A DNA stretch of 59,896 nucleotides from Octopus sinensis (GCF_006345805.1 NW_021833003.1:1-59896), one strand, 5' to 3'; shown: positions 37,204 through 51,675, counted from the stretch's first letter. The notes: generated by a model not told the origin, from the letters alone. Numbers and translations are program-made.

Positions 37204-37597
37204 TCTTTATATATAAAAGTGAAGTTGTGTGTCTGTCTCCTACGATTTAGATTCCTAACTACTCCCACATTTTGCGGTGCAGTTTAACCAAAACCAGGTA
37301 TCTTATAGTCGTGATTCATATCGAGCCCTTCTGAGTATTAGCGCGCGTCTACGATGAGTCTACGATTAAAAAAAAAAATTACCATGAATTTTTTCCATTT
37401 TTAATGCATTTTTGGCATATATAAGGGAAGTAACTCTCTAAAAATGTATTATTAAATCTCAGAACGTAAAAAGCTACAGTAACACCCCCACCTTTGTGGT
37501 TAGCCATATTGAGATGGCTATTATACTTTACATCTCTAAAAATGCTTATATAGTTATTTCCCTTACAAACCCGAGCAACGCCGGGCGATACTGCTAG
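37204..37597 (+). mobile_element. Non-autonomous Helitron
   Basis: A|TC 5' end, 3' hairpin CCCGAGCAACGCCGGG and CTAG|T. No TSD, inserted in an AT dinucleotide. Confidence 0.9.
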
Positions 37598-39235
37598 TAA
37601 ACAATAAAAATAGATCTTTTCATTTTTCAAAATAAAACAAGACTGGCCGTAAGATGGAAAATAATGCTTATTTTTGTATACTTCGACTTTATTTATATTT
37701 GAATAGTTTTCTCCTACTTTTATTTAATAGCAAAGTCTTTGATCAAATCCCCAAAATTAATCTGCTGCTATACTTAGTATAAATAAGGCATCGCGAATAT
37801 TATTTTAGTAAGTTTAAAGTGATTTCTTTTGTGCCGTAAACCCTTTACCATTTCTGTGGTACCCCACTGAGTATACGACCTCATGGTTAGAATCTTCGGC
37901 TAATGTACGGCTTCAGGATTTGGAGTCCTCGGCTAGTGAACGGTCTAATGGTTTGTGTGTAATGTAGTGGGTTCAATTCCTGAGTAGGGCGGCGCGTTGT
38001 ATCCTTGAATAAGTCACTCCGTTTTACGTTGGGCCAATCTACTCACCGGTAATGAGTACCAGATGGATTCTGGTGCAGCCTTCTCCCCCCCCCCCATCCT
38101 CTCTAGTCGCCACATCTTGAATATTCTGTTACAGCAAGAGGGCGGGAACTGAGTGGGAGTATATGTCTCCTCGCAACAACACAGATGTCTAAAACAATTT
38201 AGTTGAAGCTTATTTCAGTACATTTTACCAAACCGAAATTTTGCTCGTGGCAGTTGATTGTACTTTGTACTTGTGTAACAGTGGGAAAAAAGTGGCCTTG
38301 TAAAATATAGTACTAGACTACGGAGTCAGGAGCTCAAATGCACTTAACGGAGTTGCTCTTGTCGTTTTGTTTTTCCTTGCATTGTTGCTTAAGTCCAGGC
38401 CAACTCAAAATTGAACAAACCTATGATCAGAGACTTTCCAGCCGTGACTATCTCATCTTTTTTATATATCAATTACTACATTGTCGGATATCTACTTCCT
38501 TATTTAAAGCTGTTGGGTGCAATTTGAGGGCTATTTGGATGCTATTTCTATGAAGTCAAGCAACCACACAGTCACTCCTGACGGTTTTTTGTTGTTGTTA
38601 TTGTTGTTGTTGTTTAACACCGGCTGAGCTCTAATTGATCATATCTACCTTCGATCCGTGACTATCCTGCCTTTTATTCCAACAAAGCATCTGCAGGATT
38701 AAAAGACAGGGAAGTCACGACTGGAACTCGCTCTTTACTTTTTGTTACTAGATGATAGAATGTGTTTTGAGAGAAATTTGGCTACTATTTCTAACAAGTC
38801 GAAAGACCACTTAAAAGACACTTTTTTCTTTTTTTGGCAAATGTTGCTTTTACCAGGTGCTCCTAATACAACAGGAATAACTTTCTCTCGCGATTCCTTG
38901 AGTTCTTTCGATTTTCTGATAAAAATTCAGAAATGTTATATTTAACATTCTTTCGTTTCTCATCTGTTATCTTATGGCAACAAATCGATAATCTTGCATA
39001 CTCGTTTTTTTCTTCTTTTTTTTCCGTTTGTATATTCTTGTCTATAAAGATCAAATCTGATCTTCCAATCGCTGTTCCCTTGTGAGATGATACTGCAAAA
39101 AACAAAAGCGCAAAAAATCATATAATATTCATTTCTAATAGCATTTTCAGTGATTGGTGGTGTGAGGAGTTACCATGATACGACTTTTTTTATTATTATC
39201 TACTTTGGATCAGTTTTCTATTAGTACACAGTGGA

Positions 39236-39615
39236 TGGAAGCACTCCGTCGGTTACGACGACGAGGGTTCCGGTTGATCCGATCAACGGAACAGCCTGCT
39301 CGTGAAATTAACGTGTAAGTGGCTGAGCACTCCGCAGACACGTGTACCCTTAACGTAGTTCTCGGGGATTTTCAGCGTGACACAGAGAGTGACAAGGCCG
39401 GCCCTTTGAAATACAGGTACACAGAAACAGGAAGTAAGAGTGAGAGAAAGTTGTGGTGAAAGAGTACACCAGGGATCACCACCATCCCTGCCGGAGCCTC
39501 GTGGAGCTTTAGGTGTTTTCGCTCAATAAACACTCACAACGCCCGGTGTGGGAATCGAAACCGCGATCCTATGACCGCGAGTCCGCTGCCCTAACCACTG
39601 GGCCATTGCGCCTCC
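39236..39615 (-). mobile_element. SINE family C, full length
   Basis: TSD TTAGTACACAGT at 39221-39232 and 39616-39627. Confidence 0.93.
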
Positions 39616-39846
39616 TTAGTACACAGTACAAGAGTGCTCGAACTTTCTTTGATGAAGGACGACTTATAATTTAAGTCTTTTTACCTAGGCGTGGCCTAGT
39701 GGTTCGAGCATTAGCTCGCTATCATAAGATCGTGGGTTCGATTCCCAGAACGAGTGGTGCATTGTGTCTTCATTTCATGCCGCTTCATTCTGCTCGATTG
39801 AAAATGGATCTTAGCCACTGACTGATGTAACTCTCTCTCTCTCTCC

Positions 39847-39881
<35 letters not shown>

Positions 39882-39974
39882 TCTCCATTACTCTACTGCT
39901 GTCTTATCTTGAATGTTCCGCTGGGTTAAGGGTAGGACAGCTGAGATGGAATCTATATCTTCTCGCAATAACAA

Positions 39975-40550
39975 ATTTACCTTTCATCCTTTTGGGAGTC
40001 GATAAAATAATGTACCAGTCAGAAAGTAGGGTCAATGTAATCGACTAGTTACCTCCCCTAATGATTGTTGACCTTGTGGAAATTTACTCAATCAAAAAAA
40101 AACGCGAATTGTGACTTTAAACAAGACAGTCGAGCGTTCAGTCTACGCTTAGCTGCAGAAACGTAGAAAAGATAACTTTATTATACTGAATAAATATTTT
40201 TTCTGCTACAGACACAAGGCCTGAAATCTATGGAAGGGTGATAGTCGATTACATCGACTCCAGCACTCAGCTGGTACTTATTTTATCCATCTCCGAAAGA
40301 ATGAAGGAAGAGTCGACCTCGACAGAAACAATATTGGTTTCAATTTTTGGCACAAGGCCAGCAATTTCGGGGGAGGGTGAAAGCCGTTTAGGTTGACCTC
40401 AGTGTTTAACTAGTACTTATTTTATCGACCCCGAAAGGATGAAAGGCAAAGTCGACCTCGGCGAAATTTGAACACGGAACGTATAGACGGACGAAATGCT
40501 GTTGCTACGCATTTGTCCGGGTGATAATGATTCTGCCAACCGGCCGCTTT
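39975..40550. mobile_element. Cluster of SINE family A fragments
   Basis: Core motifs on the plus strand (about 39975-40080) and the minus strand (about 40200-40325 and 40340-40550). Confidence 0.75.
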
Positions 40551-40914
40551 TGCTTTCGAATTTTGGCGTAATACTAACAGTTTTGAAGTACAGGAGTGTT
40601 AGTCGATGAAAGCAAAGCTAGTACTCAACCATAAAAAGATATATATATATAAATGGATGAATGAATTATCCTTTGTTTACCGTTAACATGGAAAATTCAA
40701 TAAACAGTTACTAGGATAGCAAAATGATGATGATGATGATGATGATGATGAGGAGGAGGAGGAGGAGGAGGATGACGATGACAACGACGACTACGACGAG
40801 GGGTATTTTTAATTTGATTCAGTTTTGATTCAGTTTTGATTCGATAGTTTCGTTAATATAATTAAGTCCATTTATTTACTTATATATATATATATATATA
40901 TAATACAGATATTT

Positions 40915-41776
40915 TGATGGATATTTTGTTGTATTCTTGTGAAACATGGACTTGTTATGAAAGGTATTTTAAATTGTTAGAACAATTCCACCAAAAATGC
41001 CTTCATCGCATTTTAAACATAAAATGGAGTTCTTTTACTCCAAACACAGATATCGTTGCATCTGCAGGCATCACCTCAATTAAAGCTATGATTTTGAGGA
41101 ACCAAATGAGATAGTGTGCCCATATTGTTCGAATGGCGGATGGACGCGTGCTGAAGCAGTTGTTTGATGGTGAGCTTGCTGAGGGAAAACGCTATCGGCG
41201 TAAACCTAAAAAAAAGGTTTAAGGACGGCATAAGAACTATTATGAAGTCACTTGGAATGGATCCAGAAGGCATAGAAACCCTTACTTCGGATCGAGCGGG
41301 ATGGCGAACAAAAGTGTGGAGTGGAGTAAAAGCATTGGAAGAGGCCAGGATAACACATGTAAGACTCAAAAGAGATCTAAGGAAGAATGTTACGATTGAG
41401 AAGGTAAATGACAATGACCTTTTTGTGTACACAGTTTGTGACAGACCATACCTTTCTTTTGCTGGGCTCAAATCTCATTTGTGAACCCCTGGAAAACAAA
41501 CCTCCACCAGCTATTCTGCCTATATGTCAGTGCACATCTTTGAATACAGTGTATGCCAGAAGGTTTTCAAATCTAACGGAGGGTTCAAAAGACATTTTAA
41601 GATCCACAAAGATCAGAACTTATCTGCAGCTCTTGGTGGTCCAAACTGGAGGTGCAATCTATGTGGGTGTCTTTTCAGAACATTGTCTGGTTTAAAAAGC
41701 CACATCAGATGCCATGCTGGGGCTAAGGTGTAGGTACAGCAGGTGGTCAGACTCTGCATAAGGAGTAGACAACCAC
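40915..41776 (+). pseudogene. 5'-truncated RTE (BovB-like) LINE, ORF C-terminus with C2H2 fingers
   Basis: LLYSCETWTCY..LEQFHQKCLHRILNIKW, Q.R*.AHIVRM.DGR..KQLF.GEL..GKR, KRFKD, SDRAGWR, then three zinc-finger-like units. Internal stops. Confidence 0.85.
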
Positions 41777-41787
41777 TATGTATATGT

Positions 41788-41829
<42 letters not shown>

Positions 41830-41833
41830 TGTG

Positions 41834-41897
<64 letters not shown>

Positions 41898-42700
41898 ACA
41901 ATTACATAGGACCCTCAAATTGTTGCAGTTAGTAGGAACCCAAATATCGACTATTTGAGAAAAACATGTATTGCTTTCCACGCTTGAAAATTAACTCTTC
42001 CTTCCGCCTACCAATTTTTTTTTGTTTTATTTTTTGTTTTTTTTTTGTTTTTGCATTTCCGAATGTAAAAATTTGAAAACAACATTGTTAGTATTGCGAG
42101 TGTTTTATGAGCAGTATTAGTAAGAGCATAAACGTTTTCCATTTTGTGTCTCTTTGATATTTCAGTATTTGCATAATAAATGAAACACAAGCATTTATTT
42201 TTAATCATTACGGACAAAAATTGTCCTCCCATTGTTTGTTATAATGGTGTGTATTTTATCTTTATAAGTCATTGGCAATCCATCATTAACGGTATATACT
42301 GGAAAATAAAATGGTGGTCTGAGTAATATGATGTTTGCAATATGGATTGTGAACATCTAATAATAACTAACTCCATTAATTTGGGTTTCCCATTGGATAG
42401 AAATATTCATGCACAAACTATTAAAAGATTATAGAATGTGTCTGTAAAGAGGTTTTCTGCAAAATGCAGAACGTGATTATTTTGGTTCTCATATTAATTA
42501 ATTAAAAATAAAAGATCTCACTATTCAAATGCAAATAATGATTTATTATTGGTGTGCTGACATCGGCACTGATCAGCAAACAGTTTGTTTGCTGAAATTA
42601 TAAACAAAGCCATCGGCTCTTGTGTCAATGTTTCTACTATGGGCTCAAGGTCCGAAATTTTATGGAAAGGGGTCAGTCGATTACATCGAACCCAGTACTC

Positions 42701-42742
<42 letters not shown>

Positions 42743-43377
42743 CGATGACGATGACGACGACGACGACGACGACTACGACGAGGGGTATTTTTAATTCGAT
42801 TCGATTTTGATTCAATAGTTTCGTTAATATAATTAAAGATTTTTATTAAGCTTTTTAATTTCAATAAATTAATAATAAATGCTTTTTTTAAAATTAGATG
42901 TGACTCTTAATTGCTACAATATGCCTAAATATTTGATTTTCTGGAGTTTTAATTTTTTTTTTATTTCATTATGCCATTGTTCCGGAAAATTCGGCCTTTC
43001 TAACGGTTTTCACGGCAGTTGTTGAATGCTTATGAAGACATGCGTTGAAGTTGTTAACAACCAATTATATAGACAGGCACACATTTTATAACCATTTTTA
43101 CTGGTTATTCTGTAGTTTTCTCGTTAATACGAAAATCTTTCTACGGGCGACTCTTTAGGGACTTATGGGCGAGAGGTGCCATAAAGTGCTCCCTTTCCCC
43201 AGAAAGAAGCGTAATTTCTTGTGTATTTTACCTTTGGAACTTCTCAGTTCTTTAAACAGACAATGAGAAACTGGTGAACAATTTGTGTGGATCGCAAGAA
43301 GATGTGCAGAGTGAGGAGGACATGTGTTTCGACTGGGAAACGCACAAGCAATAAGTTACAAATTAAAGTGCAGCTAT

Positions 43378-43433
43378 CCGCCTTGTGAGTGGGTTTGGTA
43401 GACGGAAACTGAAAGAAGTCCGTCGTATATATG

Positions 43434-43522
<89 letters not shown>

Positions 43523-43722
43523 TGTGTTTATCCCCCTCGCCAACATCGCTTGACAACCGATACTGGTTTGTTTCGTCCCCGTAACTTAGCGGTTCGGCAA
43601 CAAGAGACCGATAGAATAAGTACTAGGCTTGCAAAGAATAAGACCTGGGGTCGATTTGCTCGAGTAAAAAGGCGGTGGTCCAGCATGGCTGCAGTCAAAT
43701 GACTGAAACAAGTAAAAGAGAG
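43378..43722 (+). mobile_element. SINE family B, 5'-truncated
   Basis: GCCTTGTGAGTGGGTTTGGTAGACGGAAACTGAAAGAAG...CAGTCAAATGACTGAAACAAGTAAAAGAG. Confidence 0.85.
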
Positions 43723-43736
43723 TATTATTATTGAAA

Positions 43737-44745
43737 GCGGCGAGCTGGCAGAACCGTTAGCACGTCGGGCAAAATACTCAGTGGCGTTTCGTTCGTCTTC
43801 GTGATCTGAGCTCAAATTTCGCCACGGTCTACTTTATTTTTCTGGGTCGATGTTAGCGACTTATATTTCCTCCACCCCCCCCCCACTGAAATTGCCAGCC
43901 CTGTGCCAAAAATTGAAACCAATATTATAAATTCATCATAGGTTTACTCGCTCACAGCTGACCTAAGCAATAACAACGAATATTTGAGGGCGGCGAGCTG
44001 GCAGAACCGTTAGCACGTCGGGCAAAATACTCAGTGGCGTTTCGTTCGTCTTCGTGATCTGAGCTCAAATTTCGCCACGGTCTACTTTATTTTTCTGGGT
44101 CGATGTTAGCGACTTATATTTCCTCCACCCCCCCCCACTGAAATTGCCAGCCCTGTGCCAAAAATTGAAACCAATATTATAAATTCATCATAGGTTTACT
44201 CGCTCACAGCTGACCTAAGCAATAACAACGAATATTTGAGGGCGGCGAGCTGGCAGAACCGTTAGCACGTCGGGCAAAATACTCAGTGGCGTTTCGTTCG
44301 TCTTCGTGATCTGAGCTCAAATTTCGCCACGGTCTACTTTATTTTTCTGGGTCGATGTTAGCGACTTATATTTCCTCCACCCCCCCCCACTGAAATTGCC
44401 AGCCCTGTGCCAAAAATTGAAACCAATATTATAAATTCATCATAGGTTTACTCGCTCACAGCTGACCTAAGCAATAACAACGAATATTTGAGGGCGGCGA
44501 GCTGGCAGAACCGTTAGCACGTCGGGCAAAATACTCAGTGGCGTTTCGTTCGTCTTCGTGATCTGAGCTCAAATTTCGCCACGGTCTACTTTATTTTTCT
44601 GGGTCGATGTTAGCGACTTATATTTCCTCCACCCCCCCCCACTGAAATTGCCAGCCCTGTGCCAAAAATTGAAACCAATATTATAAATTCATCATAGGTT
44701 TACTCGCTCACAGCTGACCTAAGCAATAACAACGAATATTTGAGG
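43737..44745 (+). repeat. Tandem array of four ~252-bp units, each a degraded SINE A plus flank
   Basis: Units start at 43737, 43990, 44242 and 44494 and appear identical apart from poly-C length. Confidence 0.95.
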
Positions 44746-44963
44746 GCGGCGAGCTGGCAGAAACGTTAGCACGCCGGGCGAAATGCGTAGCCGTATTTCG
44801 TCTGCCGTTACGTTCTGAGTTCAAATTCCGCCGAGGTCGACTTTGCCTTTCATCCTTTCGGGGTCGATAAATTAAGTACCAGTTACGATGTAATCGACTT
44901 AATTCGTTTGTCTGTCCTTGTTTGTCCCTTCTATGATTAGCCCTTTGTGGGTAGTAAAGAAAT
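44745..44963 (+). mobile_element. SINE family A, near full length
   Basis: Consensus head and core, with a small internal deletion relative to 9068-9298. Confidence 0.9.
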
Positions 44964-45066
44964 GTATATGATGATCGCGATGACAACGATGACGACAATA
45001 CTCAGATACCAACGTCCAGGGAAACTTTAATAAAGAAAGCTCAAGTTTCTTTTATTTTAATTATAT

Positions 45067-45127
<61 letters not shown>

Positions 45128-45569
45128 ACGCACACATAGAAAAAGTTGAGAGTGTCTTCGAAGTTTCAGCTTGCTAGCTACCATCATACTGTATTGTGTA
45201 ATCATTAAGTTTAATCTTAAATTGGTTTACTCTTTAATCTTAAATTGGTTTACTCTTTAATCTTAAATTGGTTTCATCTTAAATTAAGTTTAAGCTTCAA
45301 TTGGTTTACAAAATTCTTGATGTAAACTCATAAGCTAAAATTAATTTTCTTGTACTTTTGAAGGGTCATTACGCCAATATAACCACATGCCCTGTTTCAG
45401 TTTCACTTCTTTATTATTAGTTAATTTGTTACTTATTTAAATAGCTAAATAATCGATAGTTTAATCACTCGGTTAATAAACAAATCAATAACAGAGTATG
45501 CAAGTGTATATACATGCAGTTTGTCTTTGCATGCATGTATGTATGTTTGTATATGTATATACATATATA

Positions 45570-45623
<54 letters not shown>

Positions 45624-45749
45624 TACACACACATATATATATATATACACAAACTCACACACACATATACATATATATACATACACACACACACACACAC
45701 ACACAATACATATACATATACCTATATATATACATATGTCCACAAGTTT

Positions 45750-45912
45750 TCTTTTATTCTCTCTCTATTTATTTCCTCGTGTTCCTTTCTGTTGAAGCGC
45801 GTAGGTTCGAAACGTAAAAGACTTTCTCACCTTCCCGAGCGTCAAACTAATACACCTGCCTGTTGTTTATACACCTGGCTTCGTCTTTTGTTTTCCTGTA
45901 AATTTCAACTGT
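45750..45912 (+). mobile_element. Penelope-like pLTR fragment
   Basis: Homologous to 53125-53300. Degenerate hammerhead TTGAAGCGCGTAGGTTCGAAACGTA. Confidence 0.55.
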
Positions 45913-46269
45913 ACATATACATATATATACATACATACATATACACACACGCATGACATACATACTTTATATTAAAGTAAATGCCTCACGCTGTTATGAA
46001 ATCATTAATGATTTGCGACTAAATCTATTTTTAAAAGGTAGCTTCAAAGTTGCATTCCCCCACTTTCGGTGCCGTGTATATTTATTAAAGTAGTTTGACT
46101 TCAGAGTCCCATAACAGCGTGGAGCATTTACGTGTAGTAATAGCCCTTAATATAAAGAACGTATTCATGTTTAAAGAGAAAAATTGCTTATTCTGTATTA
46201 ATTTTTTTCCTGAACTGGTTTTTCACGCTTGGCTGCTTGATAAATATAGATTTTATCCTTATATATATA

Positions 46270-46786
46270 CTAGCAGTATAGCCCGGCGTTGCTCGGGTTT
46301 GTAAGGGAAATAACTATATAAGCATTTTTAGAGAGTTACTTCCCTTATAGATGCCAATTCGGGCTTTCTTAGCCATTTCTGTTTTGGTGTCTTCAAGCCA
46401 TGAAGTCGTTGTTCTAAAAGAACGCTGGTCTCCTTGACAACGCTTTACGACGTTGATTTCCTTACACTCCCTTCCCACACAGCTTCACGAGGGAGGGAAG
46501 AAGGGGGAGAAGCAAACACAGTGCAGGTGTTTTGAGCGTGGACGCCAACTCCGCCGCCATCGACACACGAAAAATTATGCATTCAAATGGAATAAAAAAT
46601 GATGTTAAATTATTTTTTAAATCGTAGACTCATCGTAGAACGCGCGCTTAATACTCAGACGGGCTCGATATGAATCACGACTATAAGATACCCGAATTGG
46701 TTAAACTGCACCGCAAAATGTGGGAGTAGTTAGGAATCTAAATCGAGGGGACAGACACTCAACAACTACAGTTTTATATATATAGA
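46270..46786 (-). mobile_element. Non-autonomous Helitron
   Basis: A|CTAGCAGTATAGCCCGGCGTTGCTCGGG (3' end and hairpin) and TTTTATATATATAGA|T (5' TC end). Same family as 37204-37597 with a different interior. Confidence 0.88.
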
Positions 46787-48907
46787 TATATATATATATA
46801 ATTATCTTTCAACCAAAATCACATTTCGACATACTGTGTGATCACTACTATTTCGTATATTCACGACAGACAGACAGAAGGGATGCGGTAAAAAAACCCA
46901 AATTTGAGTTTGCAGAACACAGAAACAATATTTATGTATCACCTGATGAAGCGCAAGATCTCAGAATGCAGGGAAACGGTTACATAACCAAATACCTGCG
47001 AGCCTGGAGAACTATGCTATGTGGAAACAATTGTAGTGATTACAAATAAATGTTCCTCTACTACTGTTGGATAGCACTGGGTGAAATATGGAGGTGAACG
47101 AGCTTTTTACAATACTCTACTACATTCTGTACAGAATATAACCTAATTTATACATGTTGTATGTGTGTGTGTGTGTTTGTGTGTATAAGAATTGATGCGC
47201 ATGTATCCCTTTGTAATATCATATTATCATATGTCATATATCATAATGTCTGTGCGTGTGTGTATGTATGTGTGTATGTGTGCGTGTGTGTGTGTGTGTA
47301 AGAATATATGCGTATCTATCTCTTCGTAATATCATGTATAAATTACATGATAAATTTATGTATCAACTCATTTATATAAATATAAGAATACATGCATGTA
47401 TATACATATATGCATGTATATATGTATACCTATATATAAACATGTATGAATATATACACGTTTGTATATATATGTGAGTATGCGTGTGTGTTTGTACGCG
47501 TGTGTATAAGATTATATGCGTATGTATCCTTTCGTAATATCATATTATCATATATCGTATATCATAATGTCATATATAAATTATATATAAATTATATATA
47601 TATATGTTATCATATATGTATTTATGCAACTAGTTATGTGTGTGAGTGTGTGTATAATATATATTATATATATATATAATTATATATATATTATATATAT
47701 ATGCAATATATATATATGTGAGAATACATTCATGTATATGTACACATGTATGTACGTATATATGTGTACGTATACATGTATGTGTATATACATACATATA
47801 TGTATATACCCATGTGTGTATTTATGTTATGCATGTATGCATTTATGTTCTGTATGCATGCATGTATATATGTATTTATGTTATGTATGTATGTATGTAT
47901 GTATGTATGTATGTATGTTTGTATTTATGTATGTATGTATGTATGTATGTATGTGTGTATGTATGTATGCGTAACTGCTTTCAGAAACTCATGTGAATTG
48001 ACTGGAGAAAATCAAAACATGGAATATAAAGAAAGAGAAGAAAAAAAAGAAACACTTCCCACAGATTTAGACCTCGTTGGTGATATCAGCAATAACGTTT
48101 ATTTAATCTAACGCATCGCATCTTTTATTCGTGCAGATGATTCTCAGAGAAATCATAAAGACCATAGATATATCTTTTTATTGCTTTCTAATTCTCATTC
48201 AAACATTATCATACAGAATGGTGCCAAGTATTAGCATCAAATCTTGTTTATCGCAAGGGAAATGAAATATTCTCTTGATAATTTTATCAATTTTCTGACT
48301 TTCCATTTTGTGTCTTTGTTGTCTAAATTTGGCATTGAGAAAAGAATTCGTCATACATATTTGATGGAACTGTTATCAAATATTCATAAGAATGTAACTT
48401 CTCTGAAGATAATATTCTTACTAGCTTTAAGAGCATCGTCGTCAGCAACACCATCGTCATTATCGTTGTCTTCGTCGTCATTCTAACGTCCACTTTTGCA
48501 TGCTTGCATGGGTTAGACGGAATTCGTTGTTAACCCCTTACCCGGCAGAAACGAATATATGCGTTTTGGCCGAAATCGTTTTTCCTATCTCTGGCGAGTT
48601 AACTCGTCAAAAGATAGACTCGCCAAAACACCATTCAAAACATAGTAAAATAAAACAATTAAAAAATATGTCTGAAAAAATACATTTATTTTCAAAATAA
48701 TTGTTGGGTAAGGGGTTTAAGGCAGAATTTCTAAGCTTTCACGCGTTACCAAGCAAGATGATATTTCCTCCATGACTGAAAAAAACGAAAGGACATCGCT
48801 TGTATGACAGTGACGCTCATCTACCACGTGATGTAAAGACATGATGGTAAAAGCACACAGACACCCCGGAATATGTATATGCATATACCTATGTGAACGT
48901 ATATATA

Positions 48908-49169
48908 CTAGCAGTATAACCCGGCGTTGCTCGGGTTTATTTTTTTTTCGACCCTTTAGAATTGGAATTTTTGAAAAGTAAGACTTTTGCATTATGTAGC
49001 TTGTTATTCTCTTTAAGTGAACATTTTTTAAATTTTTTCTTCTACGGAATGAAGAGCAAGCCTTCTTCTATCATACTCTCAATTTTGGTCAACTTGCGCC
49101 GCAGGGTCTCGGAGGAGATAGTGTTTAGTTGAAGGCTACCAAACCTCCACACACACACAGACAACTTCA

Positions 49170-49190
<21 letters not shown>
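48908..49190 (-). mobile_element. Non-autonomous Helitron, related subfamily
   Basis: CTAGCAGTATAACCCGGCGTTGCTCGGG 3' end; ACAGACAACTTCAGTTTTATATA 5' end. Confidence 0.8.
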
Positions 49191-49212
<22 letters not shown>

Positions 49213-49239
49213 TATATAATATATATTATATATATATAT

Positions 49240-50095
49240 TAAACTTAGATTGTTTTCGGCCATTGTCTGCCCAGGCCATGACTAACTCAATAGCACCACC
49301 TGGAAAAGTCTTTTAGTTAATCATTTCGGAACACCATGGACCACTCCAGCAGAGAGTTGTTGTTGGTTGAGACGTATCTAGGTGTAAGTGGTTTGTCCGG
49401 TATTCCCTGGAGAAATTTTTCCAGGTACTGTTTAAAAATTGGTAGGTCTTTTTCTACTTCAATTTCTTTTGGGATAACATTGAAAAGTGCAGGACCATTT
49501 GCCGTGAAGAAATCGTGTCGCAATGTCCTTATGTGATGAGATCTCGACCTTTGTAGGGGAGCCTAGTCTTGACAGAATTGTAAACATAATACCAATATCA
49601 TTTGGATAATATTGGTGGAATATTTTCCACATGGTGCAAATAATGTATCGCTCACAGCGGCGCTGCAGAGAATAGAGCTTCAGCTGTTTAAGTCGAGCCC
49701 AATAATCAAATCCCATCATGCCATTTGTTTTACTTATTTTTTTTGTGTGTGATTGATCTTTGTGGCGCTTCGATCCTCATTATGTCTTGTTTTCTGTGGT
49801 GGGGACCACAATGGGCAGCAGTATTCGAGGTGGGGCCTAGCGAATGTGGAGAAGAGAAGGATGATAGTTTCGTGATCCTTAGATTGGAAAATTCTGAGGA
49901 TCCATGACGACATTCTGGGGGCAACATCGACTTTTTGTTGATGTGCACACTCCAACTAAGGTTGCTATCAACAGGTACACCTAAGTCTCTGATATTATCC
50001 GACGATTCAAGTAGGTCGCCGGACGGTAGTGTATGTGGTTGTTTGTGTGAGCCCTCTCTTCTAAAGGGGATGAGCTTTTTTTTTCGTTCAACTGC
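49240..50095 (-). pseudogene. 5'-truncated CR1/L2-group LINE, ORF2 C-terminus
   Basis: LLFSTFARPHLEYCCPLWSP, DIMRIEAPQRSIT, YWARLKQLKLYSLQRRCERY, GPALFNVIPKEI, FKQYLEKFLQGIPDKP. Frameshifted. Confidence 0.85.
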
Positions 50096-50160
50096 ATATT
50101 GCTTTTTTTTGGGGGGGGGGGCACTGGGTTACTGCGCGTAGGTCCGATTGAAGCATTATG

Positions 50161-50194
<34 letters not shown>

Positions 50195-50363
50195 TGTATG
50201 TATGTATGTGTACGCATATATATATATATGTATGTATATATACACGCACACATATTTGAGCATATGTATATGTATATATATATATAAATGTATATGCACA
50301 TATACATGTATGTATATATTATGTGTATATGTATGTATGTATTATGTATGTATATGCATATAT

Positions 50364-50394
<31 letters not shown>

Positions 50395-50466
50395 TATGTA
50401 TGTATATGCATATATGTACATATTATGTATGTGCATATTATGTATGTATATGCATATATGTACACA

Positions 50467-50507
<41 letters not shown>

Positions 50508-50656
50508 GTGTGTGTGTGTGGATAGTAGAGTTCGAGGTTGGAATAACTGTCTAAGGGATAAAAGTATTCATTATACTACCGGTATAATTACGTATGTTAA
50601 CCCTGGACATACATATGCAAGCATATTATGCTCATAGATTACAGGTAATGACAAAG

Positions 50657-50718
<62 letters not shown>

Positions 50719-51253
50719 TGTGTACAGTGCTCAGGTGCACTACAACTCATCTAAAGTGTATGTATAGTACATAGGGTAATGTACAAGCGTCAGGAAAAGA
50801 ACAGTGCATGAGTCATGACATACACATATGTGTATGAGTATGGAAAGGGGACAATCAGGTGTAGTTTCGGCGGATTTCGGAAAGCATGAGGGCCTTAAAG
50901 GATGCAGATAAACATGAGTTTATCAGGAATCAAATTTAAAGTAAACAGAAAATGAAGAAATATTGATCAGCAACAACTGACTTAAATCAATTATTATTTA
51001 TTAATTCAATACAAATAGACTCTATACCATCTAACAGCTGTTTCTGCTTCCGGTATTATATGGTATTGTCTTTGATATGATAAAAAATTTTTTATCATAT
51101 TTGGTATTGCTGATATCACCAACAAGGCCTAGATCTGTGCGATGTGTTTTATTCATATTATACGAGATGTTCCAGATCGGTTTTATTACCAAAATCCTCG
51201 TACTTCGTATTTTTTTGTTGTTTACGTTTTGTGACGTCCTGTGCCCACATATG

Positions 51254-51675
51254 CTCTTTTACTCTCTTTTACTCTTTTACTTGTTTCAGTCATTTGACTG
51301 CGGCCATGCTGGAGCACCGCCTTTAGTCGAGCAAATCAACACCCGGGGACCTATTCTTTTTGTAAGCCCAGTACTTATTCTATCGGTCTCTTTTGCCGTA
51401 CCGCTAAGTGACGGGGACGTAAACACACCAGCATTGGTTGTCAAGCAATGCTAGGGGGACAAACACAGACACACAAACATATACACACACACTTATATAT
51501 ATATATATACATATAAACGACAGGCTTCTTTCAGTTTCCGTCTACCAAATCCACTCACAAGGCATTGGTCGGCCCGGGGCTATAGAGAAGACACTTGCAC
51601 AAGATGCCACGCAGTGGACTGAACCCGAACCACGTGGTTGGTAAACAAGCTACTTACCACACAGCCACTCCTGCG

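Noticed and set aside
41524-41733. Host C2H2 zinc-finger gene
   Set aside because: Contiguous with the RTE ORF remnant and lacking TGEKP linkers.
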